This document shows positions 28,311-37,500 of a stretch of DNA of 64,000 bases, piece after piece; within the stretch, counting starts at the first letter, position 1, and the number at the start of each line of letters is the position of its first letter. This DNA comes from Candidatus Latescibacterota bacterium (lineage in GTDB: Bacteria > Latescibacterota > UBA2968), in assembly GCA_965204745.1 (NCBI GenBank), contig OZ242010.1:1568001-1632000 (forward strand), read 5' to 3'. The notes under the pieces were generated by a model. That model was given only the letters and a program-made list of their open reading frames with translations, did no database searches and had not been told where the DNA came from. The position numbers and the translations under genes were made by a program.

Positions 28311-29194
28311 GGCATCCTCACCGGTTCTGCGGAAAAAACCCGCCACTGCTCCACAGGTCGAAATTTTTGTTTGAACTGACGCAGGCCCGAGAGGCCCAAG
28401 TCGCCGGCGTCATTGACGCGGCGATACGCAGACAACGCGCCATAGACCCGCCAGCGCAAAAAATACGAGAGGTCGGGCAAATCGGGATTGGCTTTGGCGA
28501 CGAAAAAGTGCGCCAGATCGGGTTGCATAGCGCCCGTTAGTGCGAACGCTTGAACCCGGCCATCGAGTTCCACGCACCATCCCCGCAACATCTCTTTTGA
28601 CCAATGGTGAAACTGATCGAGGGCGGCTTGCGTATATCCCCAGTCCAACAAAAAGGGGTGCCGCCTGCCTTGCCGTCGCCGCCAGTATTTTAGGAGGGCG
28701 ATGCAATGCGGTATATCGCGGGCATTGAGGGCGCGAAAGCGCGATAGATGGTTGCGTTCAAACCGGCGCACGCGCTTGCGAACATCTCGAAACGGGCGGC
28801 CTTTGACCGAAGCGATTTGAGACGGGTCGTAAATATATTCGGCGTCTTTGTCGCGCAGTGCAAAGCATTGGGGGTCCAACAACTGGGCGTCGCGGGCATC
28901 TAGCCACAAAATTCTCGGCAGGCGGCCCCGTTGCTGCGCTGCCAATTTTTGTACGACCCGATTCAACCCATCGGCATCAAAGGGAATGGGCGGCGCGAGC
29001 AAGTCGGTCCCGGTTGGACGTTGCACGAACAACCACGCACATCCCGCCATTTCACCGACGCGCACGATCCGGTTGGGCGCGAGGCTAAACGCACAGAGAA
29101 AGGGCGGGAAATAGCACCACGCCCGTTTGTCGGCGTGCAAAAACACATCGCGCAAGTACCCGCCGTGCGCTGGCTCAATAGGTTGTCCGATCAC
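28307..29194 (-). CDS. Stand-alone DUF2156 / phosphatidylglycerol lysyltransferase C-terminal domain protein
   Basis: EYIYD...VKGRPFRDVRKRVRRF, FVAKAN, VNDAGDLGLSGLRQFKQKFRP. Confidence 0.75.
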   Translation of the reverse strand: MIGQPIEPAHGGYLRDVFLHADKRAWCYFPPFLCAFSLAPNRIVRVGEMAGCAWLFVQRPTGTDLLAPPIPFDADGLNRVVQKLAAQQRGRLPRILWLDARDAQLLDPQCFALRDKDAEYIYDPSQIASVKGRPFRDVRKRVRRFERNHLSRFRALNARDIPHCIALLKYWRRRQGRRHPFLLDWGYTQAALDQFHHWSKEMLRGWCVELDGRVQAFALTGAMQPDLAHFFVAKANPDLPDLSYFLRWRVYGALSAYRRVNDAGDLGLSGLRQFKQKFRPVEQWRVFSAEPVRMP

Positions 29195-30239
29195 TTTGTC
29201 GCTGCCTTTTGCAATCCGCTGTGTACAGGGCGCCGTGGTACGGGCCGGTCACGAGCGGCTGTGGCTTCCCGGTGGCGATGAGGTGGATCATCTGACTGAC
29301 CCCGCCCAACACTTGCGCGCCCACGTATTCGTTAAATTCCGGTACGATTTCCACGGGCGCGAAGCCCATCTGGATCAACGAGGCCATGGCCTGGGCGGTT
29401 TCAGCGGGCGAGCGGCGGCCAAAGCTGACAAACCCCTGTTTGCCCACTTCGGGCGCGAGTGCGGTGGCCCCGCGCGAGACGAACAATGCCAGACCGGGCA
29501 AGGTATAGGGCGGGTCCGTAACGAACCCGTCCATTTGCCCGCACAAGGTCGCTGGCAGGTCTTCGCGCAAATCGCGTGCGATCACCGTGATGGGCAACCC
29601 CTCGCGTTTCTCGACCGCATTGAGAAACGCGATGAGCCGCTGGTCGCATTCTAGCACCACCACTTGCCCGAGTGCGATTTCCAAATGTTGCGCGAGCAAG
29701 CCCACGCCCACCGAGGTCAGGTCGTCGTCGCCGAGGATGAGCAGGTTTCGGCCTTCGAGGGCGTCGTGTTCGTACAAGTACACGGCGCGTTTGAGGACCG
29801 TTTCGGGCGTTGCGTGGGACTGATCCAGTTTGACGTTGACCTTGGGGCGGCTCGCGGCGATCTCTGCGAGGCGTTCGCGCACGTCGTCCAAAATTGCGGG
29901 CGTGGGGGGCGCGCTTGGCCGCGCAAAGCGTTTGCGGCACGAAATCCCCAGTGCGGATTGGACGACGCCGAGGCCCTCGTCGCTGAGGGAGACCCCGCCG
30001 CGGCGCGTCAAAATCCCTCGTTTTTCCAGTTCGCCCCGCACGGCAGCGACCACGGGAACGGGCAGGCCCACCTGCTGCGCGATGTTGCGAATGGGAATTT
30101 GTTGGGCCACGAAGACCGTTCGCAAAATGCGGCGCACGCCCTCGGCGCCTTCGGCCAAGCGCGCGTGGGTTGCCACGTCGCGCAGCAACGCGCTGCTGTC
30201 GATAGAAGCAGTTGGCTTACGCCGTTTCGGAATCCGCAT
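29175..30239 (-). CDS. BpsA-like N4-bis(aminopropyl)spermidine synthase family (DUF43) with N-terminal HTH-like extension
   Basis: LDQSHATPETVLKRA, LEGRNLLILGDDDLTSV (GDDD), VLECDQRLI, TDPPYTLPG..LFVSRG, FNEY. Confidence 0.8.
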   Translation of the reverse strand: MRIPKRRKPTASIDSSALLRDVATHARLAEGAEGVRRILRTVFVAQQIPIRNIAQQVGLPVPVVAAVRGELEKRGILTRRGGVSLSDEGLGVVQSALGISCRKRFARPSAPPTPAILDDVRERLAEIAASRPKVNVKLDQSHATPETVLKRAVYLYEHDALEGRNLLILGDDDLTSVGVGLLAQHLEIALGQVVVLECDQRLIAFLNAVEKREGLPITVIARDLREDLPATLCGQMDGFVTDPPYTLPGLALFVSRGATALAPEVGKQGFVSFGRRSPAETAQAMASLIQMGFAPVEIVPEFNEYVGAQVLGGVSQMIHLIATGKPQPLVTGPYHGALYTADCKRQRQSDRTTY

Positions 30240-31311
30240 GATGGCCGGCCTCCTCTTCTTCGGGTTCTTCTTCATCGTTCCATTCGAGCAGATTTGCATT
30301 GTCTTTGCGATGCCGCAACGCCACGTACATCAAACACAATCCCGAAGCGTAAGTCGCTTGCACATAAGATATGACGATCCCGGTCACCAAGACGAGCATC
30401 ACCCCCAAAATACCCCCACTCCAGACCTCTGCGCCCGACGGCGTGCCCAGCGCGGGCAAACTGGCGAGCCACAGATCCCATTTTGCGGGTTGGAACAAGA
30501 GATAGTGCGATGCCTCGGAAAAGAGATGGGTCAATTTGACGCCCATAAACAAACCGCACGCCCAAATGATGAGGCCAATCGCGGCCATGGTCAACGCGCC
30601 CATCAGCATCAGGCCAACCCACGCGGAAACAACTGTCCACACCAAGTACAAAACCAATCGCCACGGTTGCGACCACGTCAGGGAAAAGGACTGGATCACG
30701 ACCTCTAAGGTGTCATCCTCCACCGTGCCCACCATCGCTGGGGACAGGATGGACGCGACGACGAAGACCACGCCTGTGAACACGGTCAACAAGGCCGCGA
30801 AGAAGATGGGGATGAAGCACAGCGCGAAGGCCAGTTCCCCCAACGCGGGAATCCACCCGGCGATCCATCCGATGACCATGCCGCCAATGACGACCATGGC
30901 AAAGAGGAAAAGCAGGGTTAGCGGGCCAAACAGCACGGCTTTCCAGTTCGCTTTTGCGAATTGCCATGCATCGCTGCCCGAATAAAAGTCGTCTCCGCGC
31001 AGGTGCTGAAAAGTGATTTTGCACATCATGCTGGTCGTGACAAAGACCACGCCCAAGGCGAACAGCAGGCCCGCGATGTGCAACACTGCGCCCAACAGGT
31101 CAAAGTCGCCGGCTGTCGCGCCGGGAAACAAGCCGTAGCGTTGCCACACCGCGCCGATAGATGCGCCCGTGCGGAGATGCGCGATGAGCAGCAAGACAGC
31201 GTACCCCGCCCAAGCCGCGATCAGTCCCAGCAGTCCAATCCAGATTTTCTTTCCAGACCACCCCAGTCGCACGCAGCGAAACAGGTCTCGAATGTCGAAA
31301 TGTAGAGTCAT
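30217..31311 (-). CDS. Polytopic membrane hypothetical protein
   Basis: ~6-7 hydrophobic helices and an acidic tail; SD aaggag before ATG 31311; overlaps the BpsA-like start. Confidence 0.75.
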   Translation of the reverse strand: MTLHFDIRDLFRCVRLGWSGKKIWIGLLGLIAAWAGYAVLLLIAHLRTGASIGAVWQRYGLFPGATAGDFDLLGAVLHIAGLLFALGVVFVTTSMMCKITFQHLRGDDFYSGSDAWQFAKANWKAVLFGPLTLLFLFAMVVIGGMVIGWIAGWIPALGELAFALCFIPIFFAALLTVFTGVVFVVASILSPAMVGTVEDDTLEVVIQSFSLTWSQPWRLVLYLVWTVVSAWVGLMLMGALTMAAIGLIIWACGLFMGVKLTHLFSEASHYLLFQPAKWDLWLASLPALGTPSGAEVWSGGILGVMLVLVTGIVISYVQATYASGLCLMYVALRHRKDNANLLEWNDEEEPEEEEAGHHADSETA

Positions 31312-31326
31312 GAGATGCTCCTTTTT

Positions 31327-31368
31327 AGGTAAGAGGTGAGACGTAAGAGGTAAGAGGTAAGAGGTAAG
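31327..31368. repeat. (AGGTAAG)n array, 6 units, left of the IS110
   Basis: aggtaag aggtgag acgtaag aggtaag aggtaag aggtaag. Confidence 0.9.
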
Positions 31369-31384
31369 ATACTCTCTTAAAAGG

Positions 31385-32392
31385 TCAAGGGGTTTTCGGG
31401 GTGATTCGATAGAATTTTTCGCCCTCAAAATCTTGGTCATGGCGCAACATGCCCCAGATCGAATGGAGCAACTTTCGCATCACCGCAACGATAGCCTGCA
31501 AAGGTTTCTTGCCGCGGGCGATGAGTTGGTCATAGAAGGCTTTGACATGGCCTTCGTGTCTGATGGCCACCCAGGCAGGCATATAGAGGGCATGGCGGAG
31601 GTACTTATTCCCGGTTTTCGAGATGCGTCTTTGTGGATTGGCGGTTCCGGATTGTTTGGGTTTGGGATCCAGGCCTGCATGTGCGACCCACTGGGGCGGT
31701 TGCATCTCCTCTGGCAAAAGGGTCAACTCGGCCAAGAGCCGCAAGGCACTCGTTTGCGCGATGCCAGGCGTCGAGCAGAGGCGTTGGTAGGCACGCTTGA
31801 GGGGCTCATCGTGCAAAACGAGATCGAGGGCTTGGCTTTCCAAGTATGCAATCCGGCGTTTGAAGTGTCGAATATTCACCTGAATATCGCGTGCGATGAG
31901 ACGTGTGCTGCGGATGTGGTAGCTCTGCGCGTGGTTGCGGCTCTGTTCGCGGATGATCTCCTGCTTGAGTTGGTCAATGCGTCTGGTGAGGGCTTGCAGT
32001 TGAAGCCGTTGCTCGCTCGGCGCTTGCCAAGGCACAAAAGGCATGCGCTCGGCATAGTCGAGGATCAACAACGCATCCTTCGCATCCGTCTTCGCCCGTT
32101 GCATGCAGGCTTGGGCGTACTTGCTCATCGCTTTGGGATTGACGACCATGACCTTTGTGTGGCGATGCCGATGCAAGGCCAAGGCCACCCCCAAACTGTA
32201 AAGCCCGGTCGCTTCGAGGCACACAGAGACCATGTGCCCGCCCTTCGTGAGCCACTTCAGCAACCGCTTATGCGCTTGGGGATCATTGGCAAAGGTCGCT
32301 TGCATGACAGCTTGTCCGGGTCTGGACAGGGCAACGGACAACGTGCGGGCACTGACATCAATGCCGGCAAAAGCGGGGTGAGATTTCGACAT
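31385..32392 (-). CDS. IS110 transposase/recombinase (DEDD RuvC-like + Tnp domain)
   Basis: GIDVS, CLEATG, KTDAKDA (DEDD); AGLDPKPKQSG (catalytic Ser); SKTGNKYLRHALYMPA; SD caggagg. Confidence 0.95.
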   Translation of the reverse strand: MSKSHPAFAGIDVSARTLSVALSRPGQAVMQATFANDPQAHKRLLKWLTKGGHMVSVCLEATGLYSLGVALALHRHRHTKVMVVNPKAMSKYAQACMQRAKTDAKDALLILDYAERMPFVPWQAPSEQRLQLQALTRRIDQLKQEIIREQSRNHAQSYHIRSTRLIARDIQVNIRHFKRRIAYLESQALDLVLHDEPLKRAYQRLCSTPGIAQTSALRLLAELTLLPEEMQPPQWVAHAGLDPKPKQSGTANPQRRISKTGNKYLRHALYMPAWVAIRHEGHVKAFYDQLIARGKKPLQAIVAVMRKLLHSIWGMLRHDQDFEGEKFYRITPKTP

Positions 32393-32466
32393 GGGGGCCT
32401 CCTGTGATGAGGGGGTTGTAAGGGATCTGGTGCGCGCTCGGGGTCGCGTCCCGACCATTGACGCCA

Positions 32467-32645
32467 AGTCTACCGGTCTTGTATATGCAGCCTCAAGGGG
32501 CTTAGATACTCTTCGGCATAGACCCGGCGGTCGGGGGGCCTATCTTACCTACAAGGTCATCGCCTTCAAGAGGGGCCGGCCTTCCCCGAGCCGGGCATCA
32601 AGATGGCTTATCTCGATACGAGGGCGCAACTCCTAATTAACCCTT
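32467..32645 (-). ncRNA. Putative bridge RNA (boundaries approximate)
   Basis: 5' hairpin (32595-32619); target loop with LTG GGCCCCUCU (32569-32577) and RTG AGGUAAG (32544-32550); donor loop with LDG AGAGUAUCU (32504-32512) and RDG AUACAAG (32478-32484), closed by a gucua/uagac stem. Confidence 0.8.
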
Positions 32646-32661
32646 ACTTCCAAGATACAAG

Positions 32662-32759
32662 AGGTAAGAGGTAAGAGGTAAGAGGTAAGAGGTAAGAGGT
32701 AAGAGGTAAGAGGCAAGAGGCAAGAGGTAAGAGGTAAGAGGTAAGAGGTAAGAGGTAAG
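32662..32759. repeat. (AGGTAAG)14 array, right of the IS110
   Basis: 98 nt, 14 units, two of them AGGCAAG. Confidence 0.95.
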
Positions 32760-32901
32760 AGGGCCACCCAACCCGACCACCAAGCGGTTAGCAGTTCGTT
32801 ACCCGATCCTATCCCCATTACCCGGACAGGCCGTGTTCAATCCTTTGAAACCGCGTTCATCCGCGCTTCGGTTTCTTGGTTGTCCTTACACCGCGCACGC
32901 A

Positions 32902-32928
32902 GTAGGGGGCTATAATTATAGCCCCTAC
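32902..32928. repeat. GTAG-type REP-like palindrome
   Basis: gtagggggctataattatagcccctac. Confidence 0.6.
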
Positions 32929-33034
32929 TCACAGCGACGACGAGGGAACTTGACGGAGGTCTTGGAAGCGGCTATCTTGGGCATGACAGGTTCCTGCTGA
33001 GAAAGGGTGCGTTGTTTCGGTGGCAAATATGCCC

Positions 33035-33129
33035 AATCTACGAAGGAGCCTATCTTTTTGCAACTTTGCCCCCTCTGCGCTCGAGATCGCAGATACCGAA
33101 ATCTACGAAGGAGCCTGTCTTTTTGCAAC
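33035..33129. repeat. 30-bp direct repeat x2 with a 35-bp spacer
   Basis: aatctacgaaggagcct(a/g)tctttttgcaac at 33035-33064 and 33100-33129. Confidence 0.85.
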
Positions 33130-33195
33130 CCCCAAACTAGCTATTTATGCAACAACGCCACTGACCACTGACCGCCTGAATGCGAATCGACGACC

Positions 33196-34578
33196 ATGGC
33201 CAAACCACTTGAAACCACCGCAGAGCCTACCCCTCGCAAAGTCGATTTTTCCCTGACCCGGAAAATCCTCTCCATGACCTTCCCTGTCGCGCTGGGCGGG
33301 CAAATCGAAACGGCTGTGGGGATGGCGCAACTCTTCTTGATCGGCATGCTCGGCCCCGTGGCCCTGTCCGCCGTGGGGATTGCACAGGCATTTACGCGCG
33401 TCTTGTTCACCGCGATGATGTCCATTTCGCGGGGCGCGCTCACAATGGTCGCACGGGCCATTGGCGCGGATTCCATGCGCGAGGCCAGTGCCGCGGCAAA
33501 GCAGGCGTTCACCCTGCTGTTCGCGTTCAGCATCGCGTTTGGCGTGGGTAGCCTGATTTTGTCGCCCTTCCTCATTCCCGCGCTGACCTCTGACCCGGAA
33601 GTGGCGGCTTTGGGCACGCCCTACTTGCAGGTCTTCTTTCTCGGCGTCCCCTTCATGACCCTGAACCGCGCGATAGCGAGTTGTTTGCAAGGCGCGGGCG
33701 ATACGCGCACCCCGTTCTTCTTAAGCCTCGTCAGCAGCAGCATTCAAATCGCGATGGCGTACGTCTTGATTTTCGGCTATTGGGGATTTCCAGAATTAGG
33801 CGTCGTGGGCGCGGCTATAGGTGGGTTTATGGGACGCTGTGCCGCGACCCTGATTGGATTTGCCTGTCTTTACAGCGGGCGGTTTGCCCTCGCGCTTCTG
33901 CCGGATACGTCCTACCGCTTCAACTGGGAGGTGGCGCGGCGCATCCTCAAAATCGGCGTGCCTTCCGGGCTTCAGGGCATTTTACGCAATGGCTCCGGGT
34001 TGGTGTACATCCGCCTCATCGCCATGTCCGCGCTTTCGACCACGGCGGTCGCCGCGTACTCGATAGGGAATCAGGTGGAACACATCTTGCGCCGAACCGG
34101 GCTGGCTTTTGGCACGGTTGCCACGGCCTTTGTGGGGCAGCATCTCGGCGCGAAAGACCCGGCAGGCGCGGAGCGTCACGGGTGGACCATCCTCGTCATC
34201 TCCGTCGCGACAAACCTCATTCTCTCCCTGCCCGCCGCGCTGTTTGCGGGATTTTTCATGTCCATCTTCACAGACGCGCACGCGGTCATCAGCACAGGCG
34301 TGGTCTATCTCTACGCGATGGTCATTGCCGAACCCTTTTTGTGCGCGGCCAATACCAGCAGCGGCAGCCTCAGAGGCGCGGGCGATACCATGCCTCCGAT
34401 GTACTACACCCTGATCGCCCAATGGATCGTACGCCTGCCCATCGCCTATATTTTGGGCTTCACCCTCGGCTTTGACATCCACGGCATTTGGGCCGCGCTC
34501 ATCATCTACAGCACCGTGCAAGGCACGCTCACCATCCGCAAATTCGCGCAGGGCCACTGGAAAACGCGAGAGATTTAG
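33196..34578 (+). CDS. MATE family efflux transporter
   Basis: LQGAGDTRTP, ELGVVGAAI, ILKIGVPS, VGQHLGA, LRGAGDT; 12 TM segments. Confidence 0.92.
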   Translation: MAKPLETTAEPTPRKVDFSLTRKILSMTFPVALGGQIETAVGMAQLFLIGMLGPVALSAVGIAQAFTRVLFTAMMSISRGALTMVARAIGADSMREASAAAKQAFTLLFAFSIAFGVGSLILSPFLIPALTSDPEVAALGTPYLQVFFLGVPFMTLNRAIASCLQGAGDTRTPFFLSLVSSSIQIAMAYVLIFGYWGFPELGVVGAAIGGFMGRCAATLIGFACLYSGRFALALLPDTSYRFNWEVARRILKIGVPSGLQGILRNGSGLVYIRLIAMSALSTTAVAAYSIGNQVEHILRRTGLAFGTVATAFVGQHLGAKDPAGAERHGWTILVISVATNLILSLPAALFAGFFMSIFTDAHAVISTGVVYLYAMVIAEPFLCAANTSSGSLRGAGDTMPPMYYTLIAQWIVRLPIAYILGFTLGFDIHGIWAALIIYSTVQGTLTIRKFAQGHWKTREI

Positions 34579-37500
34579 CCGCCTGCCAACACCTCCTTCA
34601 AAAACCGCCCGGTGTGCGAGGCGGTGACAGCGGCCACCTCCTCGGGCGTGCCGCAGGCGATCAGGTCGCCGCCCGCATCGCCGCCTTCCGGCCCCAAATC
34701 GATCACCCAATCCGCGGTCTTGATCACATCCAAATTGTGCTCGATCACAATCGCTGTATTGCCCGCATCCACGAGGCGATTGAGCACGTCGAGCAACTTT
34801 TGAATATCGGCGACGTGCAAGCCCGTGGTCGGTTCGTCCAAAATATAAACCGTCTGCCCGGTATTCGGGCGGGCCAATTCGCGGGCGAGTTTCACGCGCT
34901 GTGCCTCGCCGCCCGAAAGCGTGGTCGACGCCTGCCCCATTTCGAGATAGCCCAGGCCCACGTCAAACAGCGTTTGCAAGGACCGCGCAATGCCGGGCAC
35001 GGTAGCGAAATGCGCGAGGGCCTCTGCCACGTTCATCGCCAGCACCTCCGCGATAGACGCGCCCTTGTACGTTATGTCGAGCACGTCTCGGTTGTACCGC
35101 TTTCCGCCGCAAAGCTCGCACTGCACCCACACATCCGGCAAGAAGTGCATCTCGATACAGCGCGCGCCCAACCCCGCGCACGCATCGCACCGCCCGCGCT
35201 TGTGGTTAAAACTAAAATGCCCGGCCAAAAACCCGCGCACTTGGGCATTGGGCAGGCTGGCGTATAGCTGGCGGATCTTGTCGAACACCTTCACATACGT
35301 CGCCGGATTGCTGCGCGGCGAATGCCCTATCGGGGTCTGGTCGATGTTGATCACCTTATCCACCAGTTCCAAGCCCATCGCATCGTCGTGTTCCCCCCAC
35401 GCATTTCGCGCCTTGTTCACGCGGGCCGCGAGCGCGCCGAACAACACGTCATTGACGAGCGAACTCTTGCCCGAGCCGGAAACCCCGGTCACGCACGTCA
35501 ACGTGCCCAAGGGGAATGCCACATCCACATTTTTCAAATTGTTGTGCCGTGCGCCCCGGATGCACAACGCGCCATTCCCCGCCTCGCGCCGCGCTTCGGG
35601 CACTGCGATCTGCAACGCGCCGGACAGATAGCGCGCCGTCGATGACCCATTGTCGCCGTGCAAGGTGTGCGGAGCGCCCGTAGCCACAACGCGCCCGCCT
35701 TCACCCCCCGCGCCCGGGCCAAAATCCAAAATGTGATCCGCTTTGGTCAAGGTCTCGCGGTCGTGTTCCACAACGAGCAGGGAATTGCCCAAATCGCGCA
35801 GCCGCGCCAACGCGCCCAACAACCGCCGGTTGTCGCGCTGATGCAGGCCAATGGTCGGCTCGTCGAGCACGTAGAGCACCCCGGTCAGCCCAGAGCCGAT
35901 CTGACTCGCCAAGCGAATGCGCTGCGCCTCACCCCCGGACAGGGTGGGGGCGCGCCGTCCCAAATTCAAATAGCCCAGGCCCACCTCGTGGAGAAAGCGC
36001 GCCCGGCTCTGAATCTCGGACAACACCTCGCCCGCGGCCTCGCGCGCCTGCCCGGTCAGTGCCATCGCGTCGAACCACGCGCGCACATCCGCTATCGGCA
36101 TCGCCGCCACCTCGGGCATCGTCTTTCCAAAAAGCCGAACGGCCGCGCTCTCTGCCCGCAACCGCACGCCCTTGCAGGTCGGGCACGGCACATCTTGGAT
36201 AAATTCGCCCATCAGCCGGCGAAACCGCGGCGCCTGGCGCACCAGCGCGTCAAGGGTTGGAAACAACCCCTTAAACTGGAACGCGATCCGGTCGGGGCCT
36301 TTCAACCATCGCTCGCCCAACCCGTACAAAATCGCGTGTTGCCCCTGTTGTGAGATGCGCGCAAACGGCGTGTCGAGCGCGAAGCCCGCGGCCTCGCCCA
36401 CCGCAGACAACATGCGACCTAGCGGCGTGGTCGCCCCCACCTCGCCCCATGCGAGCACCGCGCCCTCGGCCAATGACTTGTGGACATCCGGTATCAGGGT
36501 GTGGAGTCCCATGCCGCGTTGCGTGCCGAGCCCCTCGCACGCCAAACACCACCCTTCGTAACTGTTGAACGACATCCGCTGTGGGATGATCGCCTCGAAA
36601 CTCCGGCCGCATGACGGGCACGACAAGTGCTGGCTGAACCGCGTCTCCTCCTCGTCATCCGGCGACGCGACGATCAAAATCCCCCCGGAAATATCCAATG
36701 CGCGCTCTGCGGACTCGGCGATGCGCTTGCGATTCTTCTCTTCCGCGACCACGCGATCCACCAAAATCTCGACCCGATGCGACTGCCGGTAATCGATCTC
36801 CGGCGGCGTTGCCAACTCAAAAACCCTGCCATCGAGCCTGCCGCGCAAATACCCATCCCGCCGAAAGCGGTTGAGCAAGCTGGCGTAATCCTCCCCCTTG
36901 CCGAGGTCCACCGGCGCGAGCAGGTATAAGCGTCGCCCCAGTTTCAGCACGCGATCCACGATCTCGGCCACGGCTTGGCTGCCGGCCTTTGCGTCGCACT
37001 CCGGGCAATACACATCGCCCAACAGCGCGTACAATGCCCGCAGATAATCGTACACCTCGGTCACCGTGCCCACGGTCGAGCGCGGGTTCTTGCTCGCGGC
37101 CTTTTGCTCAATCGCTATCGCGGGCGACAAGCCCAACACGCGATCCACCTTGGGCTTGGGCATTCGCCCCAAAAATTGCCGCGCATAAGCCGAGAGGGAT
37201 TCCACGTATCGCCTTTGCCCCTCGGCGTAAATCGTATCGAGTGCCAGCGAGGATTTGCCCGAACCGGACACCCCGGAAATCACGGTCATTTTCTCGCGCG
37301 GAATGGACACATCCACGTCTTGCAAATTGTTCTCCCGCGCGCCCCAGACGTCAATCGTGCGAACCCGTCCGTGCGCCCGCATCCGGTCCGCCTCGTCCGC
37401 GACCACCGGCGTTCGCGCCAACACCTCGCCCAGGGCGCGCCCGGTGTGGGACTCGGGGGACTCGGCCAATTGTTCCGGCGTGCCCACGCCCAGCACTCGC

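Larger units (their letters stand above)
31367..32661 (-). mobile_element. IS110-family (IS621-like) bridge-recombinase element, apparently complete
   Basis: CT cores (AG on +) at 31367-68 and 32660-61; removing the element restores the heptamer array in register; long 5' non-coding end, very short 3' end, no TIR or TSD. Confidence 0.9.

Noticed and set aside
29175-30239. DPPY motif suggesting a DNA methyltransferase
   Set aside because: GDDD and DQ..AT.ET...RA motifs fit the BpsA/DUF43 family better
32652-32658. AAGATAC present at both IS110 junctions, resembling a 7-bp target-site duplication
   Set aside because: Placing the core at 32660-61 gives an in-register repeat target, a 7/7 donor-guide match and a -10 box; the duplication is the element's own GTATCTT occurring in both ends
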